Source: Octopus sinensis (taxonomy: Eukaryota). Taken from it: 64,000 nucleotides of DNA. The stretch covers positions 91,388,001 to 91,452,000 of the forward strand of contig NC_043006.1 in NCBI RefSeq assembly GCF_006345805.1, given 5' to 3'. The notes beneath the pieces are model-generated. The model did no database searches and was not told the DNA's origin. It saw only the letters and a program-made list of their open reading frames with translations. Made by a program: the position numbers and the translations under genes. Positions 1 to 11,463 of this stretch are shown piece after piece. Positions within the stretch are counted from its first letter, which is position 1. Every line of letters begins with the position of its first letter.

Positions 1-98
1 TTTACTTTTTACTTGTTTCAGTCATTTGACTGAGGCCATGCTGGAGCATGCCTTCAGTCGAGCAAATCGACCCCGGGACTTATTCTATCGGTCTCTTT
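1..98 (-). mobile_element. SINE family A, 3' tail fragment
   Basis: Reverse complement of the ...CCAGCATGGCCTCAGTCAAATGACTGAAACAAGTAAAA tail also seen at 10071-10457, 37721-38127 and 53278-53680. Confidence 0.7.
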
Positions 99-113
99 AT
101 ATATGTGTATATA

Positions 114-177
<64 letters not shown>
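99..177. repeat. (TA)n microsatellite flanking the hammerhead element on the left
   Basis: Direct reading. Confidence 0.95.
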
Positions 178-178
<1 letters not shown>

Positions 179-340
179 TTATCGCCATACTAATATGGCA
201 TTCTTATAAAAATAAGAATAAAGCTGTCCGCTTATTAGCTCCATGAGGCCATCGCCTTAAGTTAGCTATTTGATACACAAACTGTATCCATATAACCTTC
301 GAACAAGGGAGGTCAGTCGCTCCACACTACTTGACCGGCA

Positions 341-382
341 GCTACAGATGCGTTTCGGGGTATTGCCCCTTTTCAATGTAGC
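341..382 (-). ncRNA. Type I hammerhead ribozyme, U3-A8 variant (inverted copy, stem III mutated to ACGCAT)
   Basis: Reverse complement reads GCTACA-TTGAAAA-GGGG caata CCCC-GAA-ACGCAT-C-TGTAGC. Confidence 0.7.
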
Positions 383-598
383 TAATAAGCGGACAGCTTT
401 ATTCTTATTTTTATAAGAATGCCATATTAGTATGGCGATAACTATTATTTTCCGGGAACGCTGCCGTTGTTCTCTTTTAGAGAGACTTAGTAATTTTAAT
501 ATTTCTATATTGAAAACAAGTGGATGTATTCCACCGAAGCTAGGAAATAAAACCTTCGAACAGAGATTGTCAGAAGCGACACCTACTGGTCTGGCTAC

Positions 599-640
599 GC
601 TACATTGAAAAGGGGCAATACCCCGAAACGCGTCTGTAGC
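599..640 (+). ncRNA. Minimal type I hammerhead ribozyme, U3-A8 variant, GUC cleavage after 634
   Basis: Stem I GCTACA/TGTAGC (6 bp perfect), core TTGAAAA, stem II GGGG-caata-CCCC, GAA, palindromic stem III ACGCGT, C17. Confidence 0.85.
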
Positions 641-864
641 TGCCGGTCATGTAGTGTGGAGCGACTGACCTCCCTTGTTCGAAGGTTATATGGATACAGG
701 TTGTGTATCAAATAGCTAACTTAAGGCGATGGCCTCATGGAGCTAATAAGCGGACAGCTTTATTCTTATTTTTATAAGAATGCCATATTAGTATGGCGAT
801 AACTATTATTTTCGGGAACGCTGCCGTTGTTCTCTTTTAGAGAGACTTAGTAATTTTAATATTC

Positions 865-867
<3 letters not shown>

Positions 868-915
<48 letters not shown>

Positions 916-972
916 ATATATATATTATATACATATATATATATATTATATATGTATATATATATATATATA
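868..972. repeat. (TA)n microsatellite flanking the hammerhead element on the right
   Basis: Direct reading. Confidence 0.95.
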
Positions 973-1215
973 TTCCAGACCGGGCGTTGTGAGTGTTATT
1001 GAGCGAAAACACCTAAAGCTCACGAGGCTCCGGCAGGGGGGGGCGATCCTTGCTGTACTCTTTCCCCACAACTTTCTCTAGCTCTTTCTTCTGTTAGCCT
1101 GCTCGCTTAGCCAGCGGAGTGTCGTCATTGAAGGCTAAAACAATGCGAAGCGCATTGTGACCAGCGGTGTGTAGCAACATCTGATAGATTGGTCGGTCAC
1201 GGGGATCACGGTGAT
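973..1215 (+). mobile_element. SINE family B (tRNA-derived), 5'-truncated
   Basis: High similarity to the full reverse copy at 10645-10941 and to the head of 49816-50180. Confidence 0.75.
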
Positions 1216-1224
1216 ATATATATT

Positions 1225-1304
<80 letters not shown>

Positions 1305-1689
1305 TACACACACATACACACATGTGGATTTGTATATATAATAACACACATATATGCATGTATTCATATAATAATAACGAAAGCTGTAACAAAGTGACGG
1401 TAGTAACAGCAACATCATCGTCAACAACAACAAAAATTCGCTCTCACTTCTCATTAAACACTTCATCCAAATCCTTTCTGTTCGGAAATGCGATGCTCTG
1501 GGTTTCTTGTGTTTCCGACCAGCAACTTAAAGAGTTACAAAACGCATTTGTCTTACTTGTCAGGAAGACCCACCTCTTTCAATTCAGTTGTGCAAATCCG
1601 TCATTGACAAGAGTGTGAATTGCTTTGTTAATTTTTATTTCAAGTATATCTGTGGCTTTGGGGCTGTGACTCTGTAACGGGGGAAAGGA

Positions 1690-1856
1690 GTGCACTAACA
1701 TTGTGCCGCTGTCCATTTTCAGCTGAGTAGACGGGGATCAGGTGAAATGAAGTGCCTCGCTCAACGCCACAGCACGTTGTCCGGTCCAGAAATTAAACCT
1801 TCGACCATACACTCGAGGGTCCAACATACTGACCAACATACTGACCACAAGGCCTT
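1690..1856 (-). mobile_element. Degenerate tRNA-derived SINE head
   Basis: Reverse complement GGCCTTGTGGTCAGTATGTTGG...GGTTTAATTTCTGGACCGG...GAGCGAGGCACTTCA has A-box/B-box-like layout. Confidence 0.4.
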
Positions 1857-2612
1857 TAGATTTACGGATGTACAATAAAAGCAAAATGGGAGAATATGTG
1901 GTGGTTTATCGCAGCCAGAGGCTTTTCTATCAGAACATAATTAAATTCAATTTCAGTATCTTAAATGTATGCGTCTATTCCTCTGTGTATGCGCTTCATT
2001 CGTTATATATTATAAATACTGTCTCTATATAATAGAGAGGTTTTAGTGAGAGAAAACCTTTTCTTTGGCCAACATTAATAACGTTGATTTTTGAGATTTC
2101 TATGACTATTTATATTTACTTACTATTAGCAGTGTGCGTGGCGTCACAGAAGACTGCGTCTTAGGGTTCGCTTGGATTGGCATACTTCTGACAATAATCG
2201 TTGTTAATGTCCTAATGGTCTCTTTTATTTCTTGTTGGTTTTATTAAAACAGAATCTTTTTTATACTAGAGAATAAAGATGCTGTTGCAAGGGAATCATG
2301 CCAAAAGTTTTCATCGACCAACGTTATTTATAGATAAAGAAATGACGTTTTATAATCGCAACACAGCATTCCAAAAAAAAAGGCTCTGTGAACGTCTTCA
2401 CAGCATGGCAATCGCTGCTCGTTTTCAAACTGTTAAAAAAGCTTGTCCACCGCAGTCATCCTTGTCTACTGACAGAGCTATGGAATCTGTGCCTTGTAGT
2501 TGATGTTGCTATTGGTGATGATGGCCAAGTGTCTTCTATTATAGATAAGAGTTTGCCAATTTTGCGCTGGCGACCTCTTTTGTAGATGGAGAGAGAATAT
2601 GAGGAAACGTCG

Positions 2613-2687
<75 letters not shown>
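2613..2687. repeat. (TATC)n microsatellite
   Basis: Direct reading. Confidence 0.95.
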
Positions 2688-2866
2688 GATCCATATTGAT
2701 CGTTTTTTCATTTCTCTCTTTTTACTATCCCTTTTGATCGAAAACCTACCCCCTTTTTATTATTTATATTTCTTTTGTTTTTACTTTTTTTTTCTCCCCC
2801 AAAAGAAAAGCTCTGCTTTGTAATTTGTCCCCTCTGTGTTCAGCCCTGTGTGGCTAATAAAGAAAC
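2688..2866 (+). mobile_element. 3' UTR/terminus of L1/Tx1-like LINE (heavily 5'-truncated)
   Basis: Matches 16937-17203 (GATCC.TATTGATCG...TCCCTTTTGATCGAAAACCTAC...AAAAGAAAAGCTCT...CAGCCCTGTGTGG.AATAAAGAAAC). Confidence 0.8.
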
Positions 2867-3443
2867 ATATCTATCTGTCAGTCTGTCGGTCTGTCTGTCA
2901 GTCTGTCTGTCCGCATACTCATTCACACATGACATAAGAATGTATAATACTGGACACCATACTCGCCTACAGTATTAATGTAAGAGTTCTTTGCTGATAA
3001 ATAGCAACAAGCATTTTCTGATGAAAGCACTCAATACTGGATTTGTATTAAGTGTGTTAAGCGTACGGGTTGATAGTGACTTCAAACTATCTAACTAAAC
3101 CACGAGCAGCTGAAAAACACAAAGACACACACATGCACACTCACTCCCACAAACGTTCACACACACACACACACATACGCTTTCCTCTCGTTTTGTTTTG
3201 ATTCTTTTAAATTCTTTTTGATAAAAGGTATAATCCGAAACGTTTTCTGTTACTTTCATTCGTATAGTTATCTCCCTTGTATACGTTCTTCTCTTGATGT
3301 TTTATTTCACACAGATTTTAACAGCACATATCTTACTTGCATAACTGAATATGGTATTTATTTATTTGTCAACACTTTATTGTCACCACTTAATCTAAAT
3401 TCTATTCTTCTTTTGTATTTCTCGCTCTCCCCTTCTGTGTTTG

Positions 3444-3578
<135 letters not shown>

Positions 3579-3679
3579 TGTGTGTGTGTGTGAGCGAGTG
3601 TGTGTGCATGTGTGTGTTTGTATACACACGTATCGCTTAATTATTAACACAAACATACACAAGTCTTTTGTCTTTTGTC

Positions 3680-4012
3680 TTTCATTCATTAGACTACGAC
3701 CATGCTGGGGCACTGCCTTGAAAAATTTTTAGTAAAATTATTTTTTTAAAGCCTGGTACTTAATGTGGCGGTCTCCTATGCCGAACCGCTCAGTTCCAGG
3801 GACGTAAATACAGCTACACCGGTTGTCATTTGGTGGTGGGGGACAAATACACGCACACACGACGGGCTGCCTTCGGTTTCCAGCTACTAAATCCACTTAC
3901 AAGGCTTCTGTTATAGTAGAAGAAACTTACCCAAGATGCCATGCAGTGGGACTGAACCCGGGACCATGTAGTAGAGAAGCAAACGTCTTGCCACACAGCA
4001 ACGCCTGCGCCT
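3680..4012 (-). mobile_element. SINE family A
   Basis: CCATGCTGGGGCACTGCC, GAACCGCT.AG and GTGGGACTGAACCCGGGACCATGT blocks shared with other copies. Confidence 0.75.
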
Positions 4013-4997
4013 ATGTGTATATAATTATGTGTATATAACTGTCTCTGTATATTCACAGCGAAATATATAAATAAATGTAGGTATCAATATTATGTAGAAG
4101 GTTCGAGTATTTGCACATACATGTATATATATATAGGCGCCTATACTCACGGTTATTTCAGTTATACACCTACCCCCATCTATGGTGTGCCTTAGCACAA
4201 TGTATATGTGTATGTATAAAGGAACCTGTGCACGTTTCTCTGTGTTTGTTTTGTATGCAGATATACGTGTATGCCTGATGTACGTGTATGCATATGTATG
4301 TGTCTGTCTGTATTATGCATGCGTGCTTTATTCGTCTATTGGCAGAAGTAAACTCATTCATATGTTTCACAATTACATTAAGTTTGTTTCATATATTCTC
4401 GAAAATCTTCGTGTGATGTGTTTATATTTGTTATTTTGTATGTTGGAACTGTTTACCAGGGGTTGTATATATATTTCGTTGCAATTTCGAGAGTGTGCTT
4501 CATTTATTATCACAAATAAATTTATTAAAATTCATAGAATTCACAGCGTGAGATTATGGAAAATAGCCATTTTGAATTATTCTCCAGCTGAAGTGATTCT
4601 AAACAGATTGATTTCGGGATTTACATTGTATTGCTCAGAAGAATAGCAGAATGGGAATGTGTGTATGAGATGACTTATGAACTGTTTTTTGGCCTCCAGC
4701 AGATGGTTCTCTAATTATATATATATATATATACATAGGTAAACATATACATACATATATGCATGTGTATATATGCATGTATACAGAAACACACACATAG
4801 ATATGTATGAGCATGTATACATACACACGCACGCACACATATATGTATAATGTATGTATGTATAATGTATGTATGTATAATGTATGTATGTATGCGTGTG
4901 TATTTACACACACACATACACGTACACACACATACAATGAGTAAAACAGCTAGTTTTAAATCTCTGAAATACATACATACATACATACATACATACA

Positions 4998-5045
<48 letters not shown>

Positions 5046-5046
5046 A

Positions 5047-5198
5047 TTTATTAAAAAGCAGCCATATCACAGAAACTTTTACTCAGAGTTTCACGTTCCC
5101 GTTCGTCAGATAGTTTTGTTTCGAAACAGAACTGTCCGACCAACGGGAGCATTAAACTCTGAGTAACAGTTTTTGTGATATGGCTGCTTTTTAATAAA
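5047..5198. repeat. 152-bp imperfect palindrome (MITE-like hairpin) centred on TTCGAA
   Basis: Arms TTTATTAAAAAGCAGCCATATCACAGAAAC / GTTTTTGTGATATGGCTGCTTTTTAATAAA are symmetric about 5122/5123. Confidence 0.85.
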
Positions 5199-5285
5199 GC
5201 ATATTATCCTACTTCCGGTATTCGAGTACTATTTCACCCACCTTGTTTCCATTTATGTGCATGCTCTTGTGTGTGTGTTTGTGTG

Positions 5286-5321
<36 letters not shown>

Positions 5322-5527
5322 AATGTGACCGCGTGTGTACCGTTGGTGATTTTTTCCCTCCGTCTTCCCTTCTATGGATCTTTTCTTTTTCTATGTTTCT
5401 CACGAGGAGCTCTGCTCGAAACGTTAAACCCTCCTTCTTTCCTTCTTTGCTGAGCCTCCAATAATACTATACTTGTTCCACGTCCTCGCGTTGTTGTGTT
5501 TTCTGTTTGTGTTTTCATGTTGGATTA

Positions 5528-5577
<50 letters not shown>

Positions 5578-5684
5578 ATATATATACATACATATATAGG
5601 GAGAGAAAGAGAGAGAGAGAGAGAGGGGGAGAGAGAGTGAAAGAGAGACAGAGAGAGAAATATTTGAAAGTGAGTGTATACATG

Positions 5685-5721
<37 letters not shown>

Positions 5722-7189
5722 CAAATATATATATATATATTCTGTTACATATAGATATCAGTTTCTATCTATATCTAACTACATACATGCGCAGATGTAC
5801 ACACACACACACACACATACATGAAAATGCGCACACATGCACACACATATACACTATTTATGCACACCCTATCGTATATGAGATAATCTAAAATATTTAA
5901 TTTGGATGTATCTAAAATAATTTCTGAAAGAGTAAGAGGCAAGGAGAATCAACTTCATTGACTGGCGTTTCGTTTATTGTCTCCAGGAGTATGAAAAGCA
6001 ACATTTGACCACCTGGCGATTTGAACTGGGAACGCAAAGAGCCGGATCAAGCAGTTATTGTAGAATTAAAGACTTTGTTGGGCTTACATCAGAAAACATT
6101 ATCCTATGACTACTCATTATGGATGTAAAAATTCCTTTCTTAAGAAATGTAAAGACGGTTGTTCTCTTGGTCACACTTAGCGATATGATAAGTGTTGCAG
6201 AAGAGAGACAGAGTAAAGTTAAGTGGTTCATAGGTTTATATTATGTTGGTAAGAAGGAAAGGCAGATTGAATAGGTTTGTGTGTTTGTCAGATGCAGAAA
6301 GCGATTGCAAGTCTTTAGAGCTGAAAACCTTTGATTCAAAGTGATTCGATTTTGTTTATAAAATTTCCACAGAAGACATAAATAATACTTGGTTACATGC
6401 AAGGAAAGTTTTATCCTGTTCAGCTGGGTTTTAGGGAGTCTGGGTGTTCTTGTTGTTGCTGTTGTGATGGTGGTGATGTTGGTGTTATTGTTTGGCTTCA
6501 TATCATCTCTGACTCAGTAGATGTATGATCTATAGCATTACAGCCACAACTTCTGCGTTAATCTCCGTTTACCAAAGATGACACGATAAAACCTGTCTAA
6601 ATACCGTCTTTCACCAGAGTAGAATATAATGTTGGAGAGATTTCACTTCTACTTCTAGCATACCATACGGCCATGTGGAGGCTCTCATACGGGTTTGCGC
6701 TGTATGTGGCGGCACTAGTAGGGAGTGTAATTAATTATGGTAAAAGGACTGAATAATTGAATTTGATTTTGTGTTTTGGATTAATTACATTGATATTTTT
6801 ATTAGCCGACTAATTACGACCTTTCTTCAAAAGCGAGACAATCTTATTCGTAAATATATTTGTGATTTTTGTTATTGAATAAAACAGACGTATTGTCTGT
6901 AGAGATAATTTGTTGTTGCCGTTGGTGTTGTTGTTTAGCCTCAGACCAGCCATAATCGAGAAGAGCTATGATACAAGACATCGCGACATGACTGTCTGTT
7001 GTTATGTTAAAGATTCCATTGTAGAATATATTCTTTGGTTAAGACGGCTGAGGGTGTGTTTCGAAAGAGATATGGACGGTTCTAAATCGACGAACGAAAG
7101 CAGGCTTATGGGGCCTGCTTCTATGATAGAATTCACTATCAGTCCTTTCTAGTTTCAATATTTTTCATGCATGCACAAAAATACATACA

Positions 7190-7350
7190 TTTCCCAACCA
7201 TATGGTTCAGGGTTCAGTCCCACCGAGTGGTATCTTGGGCAAGTTTCTTCTACCTCAGCCGCAGACCGACCAAAGACTCGTGAGTGGATTTCGCTGAGGG
7301 AAGCTAAAAAAACCCCGTCGTATACAAACGAACATTCATATGTGTGTGTA
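7190..7350 (+). mobile_element. SINE family A, 5' part
   Basis: CCAACCATATGGTTCAGGGTTCAGTCCCAC...GGGCAAGT.TCTTCTAC matches the family head. Confidence 0.7.
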
Positions 7351-7499
7351 TGTGTGTGTCTGCATCTGCTTGCCGGAATTCGTCTCCACATCCTTGATCA
7401 GGGCCTTAGGCTCAATTTAGGCAGCTGTGTAAAGATGCTGGAGATTGCGGTTAAACCCTGGCTGGAGGGGGTTTGCTGATGGAAGGCTATATGAGTGGA

Positions 7500-7773
7500 A
7501 TAAGGATTCAACTCCTTTCCATGCCACAGGAAAGAGTCAGAAGTACTTGTAAGAGAATTTGTACGACTTCACTATCTCTAATGTCTGGCCTCTCAATTCC
7601 TTCGAGTGTAATCCTATGGAATACTATAAGCAGGGCGCCGTTAAAGAAGACACCAATCGCTCTGCATGCAGCCACGCATGACCGCGCTCGTGACCAAGAT
7701 CAAGGAAGCGTTCGAAGAGGAATGCATGCGTCATGAGGTCGTGGTAGAAGCTGAGGGCGACTATTTTGAGTAA
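7500..7773 (+). pseudogene. Tc1/mariner transposase C-terminal remnant
   Basis: Translates to ...NVWPLNSFECNPMEYY..GAVKEDTN...VVEAEGDYFE*, a degenerate WPPNSPDCNPLDY motif similar to 58028-58363. Confidence 0.55.
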
Positions 7774-8143
7774 ACTGTTATTTCCCAGTCATAATCTAGT
7801 TGATATTTTTGGAATTTTTAAAATACATATATTTATGCATACATATATATATTATTTCCGCGGAAAATACTTACCATTTTAAACATCTTTGTTTCTGACT
7901 GTCCTGCAGCCTATAAAGAACTTTAACGACTGAAGCAAGTTGGTGCTAAATCCAGTGAGTATGAGTATTGTGGAAGAACTTTTAATCCTGACACACGTGT
8001 AAACGAAGCATTGCGTATATATACGCACACACACACACACACATATACATGCAAATAATATGGGTGCCTAATTAGCAATTTAACAACCTAAAGGCAAATT
8101 TATAGACGTCACTAAAGTGACAACCTCTTGTCACTTTAGTGAC

Positions 8144-8209
<66 letters not shown>

Positions 8210-8239
8210 ATATATATATATATATATGCACGGGGCTTC

Positions 8240-8378
8240 CGGTTCCGGTGTCAATTCTCAAGGCTGTGATCGACCCGAGGCTATAGTAGACGACATTTGC
8301 CCAAGTTACTGCTTAGTGGGACTGAACCAGGAACCATGTGGCTGGGAAGCAAAATTCTTACCACAGAGCCACGCTTGC
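8240..8378 (-). mobile_element. SINE family A, 5' part
   Basis: GTGGGACTGAACCAGGAACCATGTGGCTGGGAAGCAA block. Confidence 0.65.
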
Positions 8379-8634
8379 AACACCACAGATATGCCTGTTT
8401 CTGAATGCCAACTGGAGAAAATAGCCTCCACTCCAAATAATAACTTTGCGATTGCCTGAGATAAAATATGAAAGCATAAAAGGGAGAAAAGAAAAGAGCC
8501 CAAACCGCGAATACCGTTATTCAGGAAGGTGGCTGCTACGAATGAATAAACGGTGACGTGAAAGTCGGAATAACGATTTACGAATCTTCTAATAATCATA
8601 AAAATATAGAGTGAGTGAAAGAATGACCGAGTGA

Positions 8635-8682
<48 letters not shown>

Positions 8683-8994
8683 GGAGAGAGAGAGAGGAGA
8701 GAGAGAGAAGGAGAGAGAGAGGGAGAGAGAGAAGGAGAAGGAATAAGTAATATACATAACTAGTTATGTAAATATAAGACTGGTGATGTAAATATGTATT
8801 GAATATATACATTCGCTTTTCTCTTTACACACACAGACACTCCTCATTGCCAATATATATATTGTGGCGTTTCTCTCTTCCTTAAATATACATATAAATA
8901 CATACGTACATGTGTTTATGTATGTATATATACATATATGTATACATACATACATATATCTACATATATATATATATATTATAATATATATATA

Positions 8995-9066
<72 letters not shown>

Positions 9067-9499
9067 GTATGTATATGTATGTATGTACTAGAGGAACACA
9101 TAAGCTTTGTATGGTTATGCGAGATAATATTTAAAAAAATGAACACATCAACGCAGTGCAACGAAGCGGATTAGAAGAAGAAATAGCGAAGCGTAAACAA
9201 TGTAAATACAGAGTAAATAAGTATATTCTTGTGTATATATACTTGTGTAAGCAGATACACCTTCCCACTCAGGAGAATATACGCGCATTCACGCCTCTGT
9301 ATACAAATACATACACACACAAACGTACACACATACACACATACACACACAATATATAGCAGGCATTAATAGTAAAAGAATTTGAATACACATATATGTA
9401 CTTATACGTATTTATACGTTTGGCAAGAGCGAACCATACACACTGCCATATAATACAAGTAGTTAATAATAATACATACATACATACATACACACACAC

Positions 9500-9546
<47 letters not shown>

Positions 9547-9569
9547 CACACATACTCACATACATACAT

Positions 9570-10056
9570 GCATGAGGAACGAAGCGCCACAAAGATCAAT
9601 CACAAAAGAATAAATGGCATGATGGGACTTGATTACTGGGCCCGTATTAAACAGCTGAAGCTCTATTCTCCGCAACGCAACCGTGAGCGATACGGTATTA
9701 TGTTTACAATTCAACCAAGACTAGGCCCCCGTGCAATGCGTCCCCTACAAACGTCCAGATCACATCACATAAGAACATTGCGACACAATTTCTTCACTTC
9801 AAATGGTCCTGCTCTTTTCAATGTTATCCTGAAAGAAATTAAAGTAGAAAAAGACTCCACAACTTCCAAACGGCACCTGGACAAATTCCTCAAGGAAATA
9901 CCGGATAAGACACCTACACCCGGATACGTCTCAACCAACAACAACACTCTGCTTGAGTGTCCCGAAATAATTAACTAAAAGACTTTTCCAGGTGTTATTG
10001 AGTTAGTCATGGCCTGGGCCAATAATGGCCGAAACCAATCTAAGTTATCTAAGTTA
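9570..10056 (+). mobile_element. CR1/L2-like LINE 3' fragment
   Basis: ORF 9568-9978 has LDYWARIKQLKLYSPQRNRERY...GPALFNVILKEIK...KRHLDKFLKEIPD, typical of CR1-group ORF2 C-termini. It ends in a short (CTAAGTTAT)2 tail. Confidence 0.7.
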
Positions 10057-10070
10057 TATATATATATATA

Positions 10071-10457
10071 CTCTTTTACTCTTTTACTTGTTACAGTCAT
10101 TTGACTGCGGACATGCTGGAGCACCACACTTAGTCGAACAAATCGACCCCAGAGCTTATTCTTTGTAAGTCTAGTACTTATTCTATCAGCCTCCTTTACC
10201 GAACCGCTAAGTTACGGGTATGCAAACACGCCAGCATCGGTTGTCAAGCGATGTTGGGAGGACAGACACACAAACATATATACACACATACATACATATA
10301 CATATATGACGGGCTTCTTCCAGTTTCCGCCTACCAAATTACAAGGCTTTGGTCGGTCCGAAGCTATTGTAGAAGACTTGCTCAGTGTGCCACGCAGTGG
10401 GACTGAACCCGGGACCATGTGGCTGGTAAGCAAGCTACTTACCCCACAGCCACTCCT
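10071..10457 (-). mobile_element. SINE family A, near full length
   Basis: Reverse complement of 53278-53680 and 37721-38127. Confidence 0.85.
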
Positions 10458-10486
10458 TCGTCTATATATACGTAAGCGTTTACATC

Positions 10487-10517
<31 letters not shown>

Positions 10518-10603
10518 TGTATGTATGTATGTATGTATGTATGTATGTATGTATGTATGTATGTATGTATGTATGTATGTATGTATGTATGTATGTATGT
10601 ATG
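10487..10603. repeat. (TATG)n microsatellite
   Basis: Direct reading. Confidence 0.95.
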
Positions 10604-10644
10604 TGTGTATATATATATGTATTTATATATGTATATATATATAT

Positions 10645-10941
10645 ATCACCTGACCGACCAGTCCATCAGATGTAGTTACACATCGCTGGTCACAATGCGT
10701 TCGCATAGTTTTAGCCTTCGAATGACGCCACCCCGCTGGCTAAGCGAGCAGGCCAACAGAAGAAAGAGTGGGAGAAAGAGTGGTGAAAGAGTACAGCAGG
10801 GATCACCACCCCCTGCCGGAGCCTCGTGGATCTTTTAGGTGTTTTCGCTCAATAAACACTCACAACGCACGGTCTGGGAATCGAAACCGCGATCTTACGA
10901 CTGCGAGTCCGCTGCCCTAACCATTAGGCCATTGCGCCTCC
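10645..10941 (-). mobile_element. SINE family B, full length
   Basis: Head GGCGCAATGGCCTAATGGTTAGGGCAGCGGACTCGC...GGTTTCGATTCCCAGACC with tRNA A/B boxes. Confidence 0.85.
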
Positions 10942-11043
<102 letters not shown>

Positions 11044-11058
11044 TATATATATATGTAT

Positions 11059-11092
<34 letters not shown>

Positions 11093-11095
<3 letters not shown>

Positions 11096-11463
11096 GGTGG
11101 TTGTCTACTCCTTATGCAGAGTTTGACCACCTCCTGTACCTACACCTTAGCCCCATCATGGCATCTGATATGACTTTTTAAACCAGACAATGTTCTGAAA
11201 AGGCACCCACATAGATTGCACCTCCGATTTGGACCACCAAGAGCTGCAGATAGATTCTGATCTTTGTGGATCTTAAAATGTCTTTTGAGGTCTCCGTTGG
11301 GTTTGCAAACCTTCTGGCATACACTGCATTCAAAGGTGTGCACAGCCATATAGGCAGAATAGTTGAACGTTTAAATAGTGTCTTTATAGTTCCAAATATA
11401 GTGTCTGAGTTTCAGTGTGGTTTTCGTTCCTCCAGGGGCACAGCTGATTGTATCTTTACTGTT
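11093..11463 (-). mobile_element. RTE-like LINE remnant: 3' end with two C2H2 fingers (minus strand) joined to an inverted RT fragment (plus strand)
   Basis: Minus ORF CSVCQKVCKPNGDLKRHFKIH...CNLCGCLFRTLSGLKSHIRCH; plus strand 11345-11463 GRIVERLN...SEFQCGFRSSRGTADCIFT (RT motif). Confidence 0.65.

Larger units (their letters stand above)
179..867 (+). mobile_element. Non-coding hammerhead-containing element (retrozyme-like or mini-PLE): inverted segment 179-383 plus about 1.35 copies of a 361-bp unit (380-740, 741-867)
   Basis: 179-382 is the reverse complement of 599-802. 380-503 repeats directly at 741-863 (period 361). It contains hammerhead motifs, has no ORF, and both ends run into (TA)n. 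Confidence 0.75.

Noticed and set aside
500-549. Second hammerhead-like string in the mini-element (TTGAAAA caa GTGGA..TCCAC c GAAG)
   Set aside because: Stem II is not adjacent to the core, GAAA reads GAAG, and there is no valid stem III or NUH triplet. At best a decayed relic.
11140-11349. Host C2H2 zinc-finger gene
   Set aside because: It is short, lacks TGEKP linkers, sits next to a LINE RT fragment and has a retroelement-like tail; better explained as an RTE 3' end.
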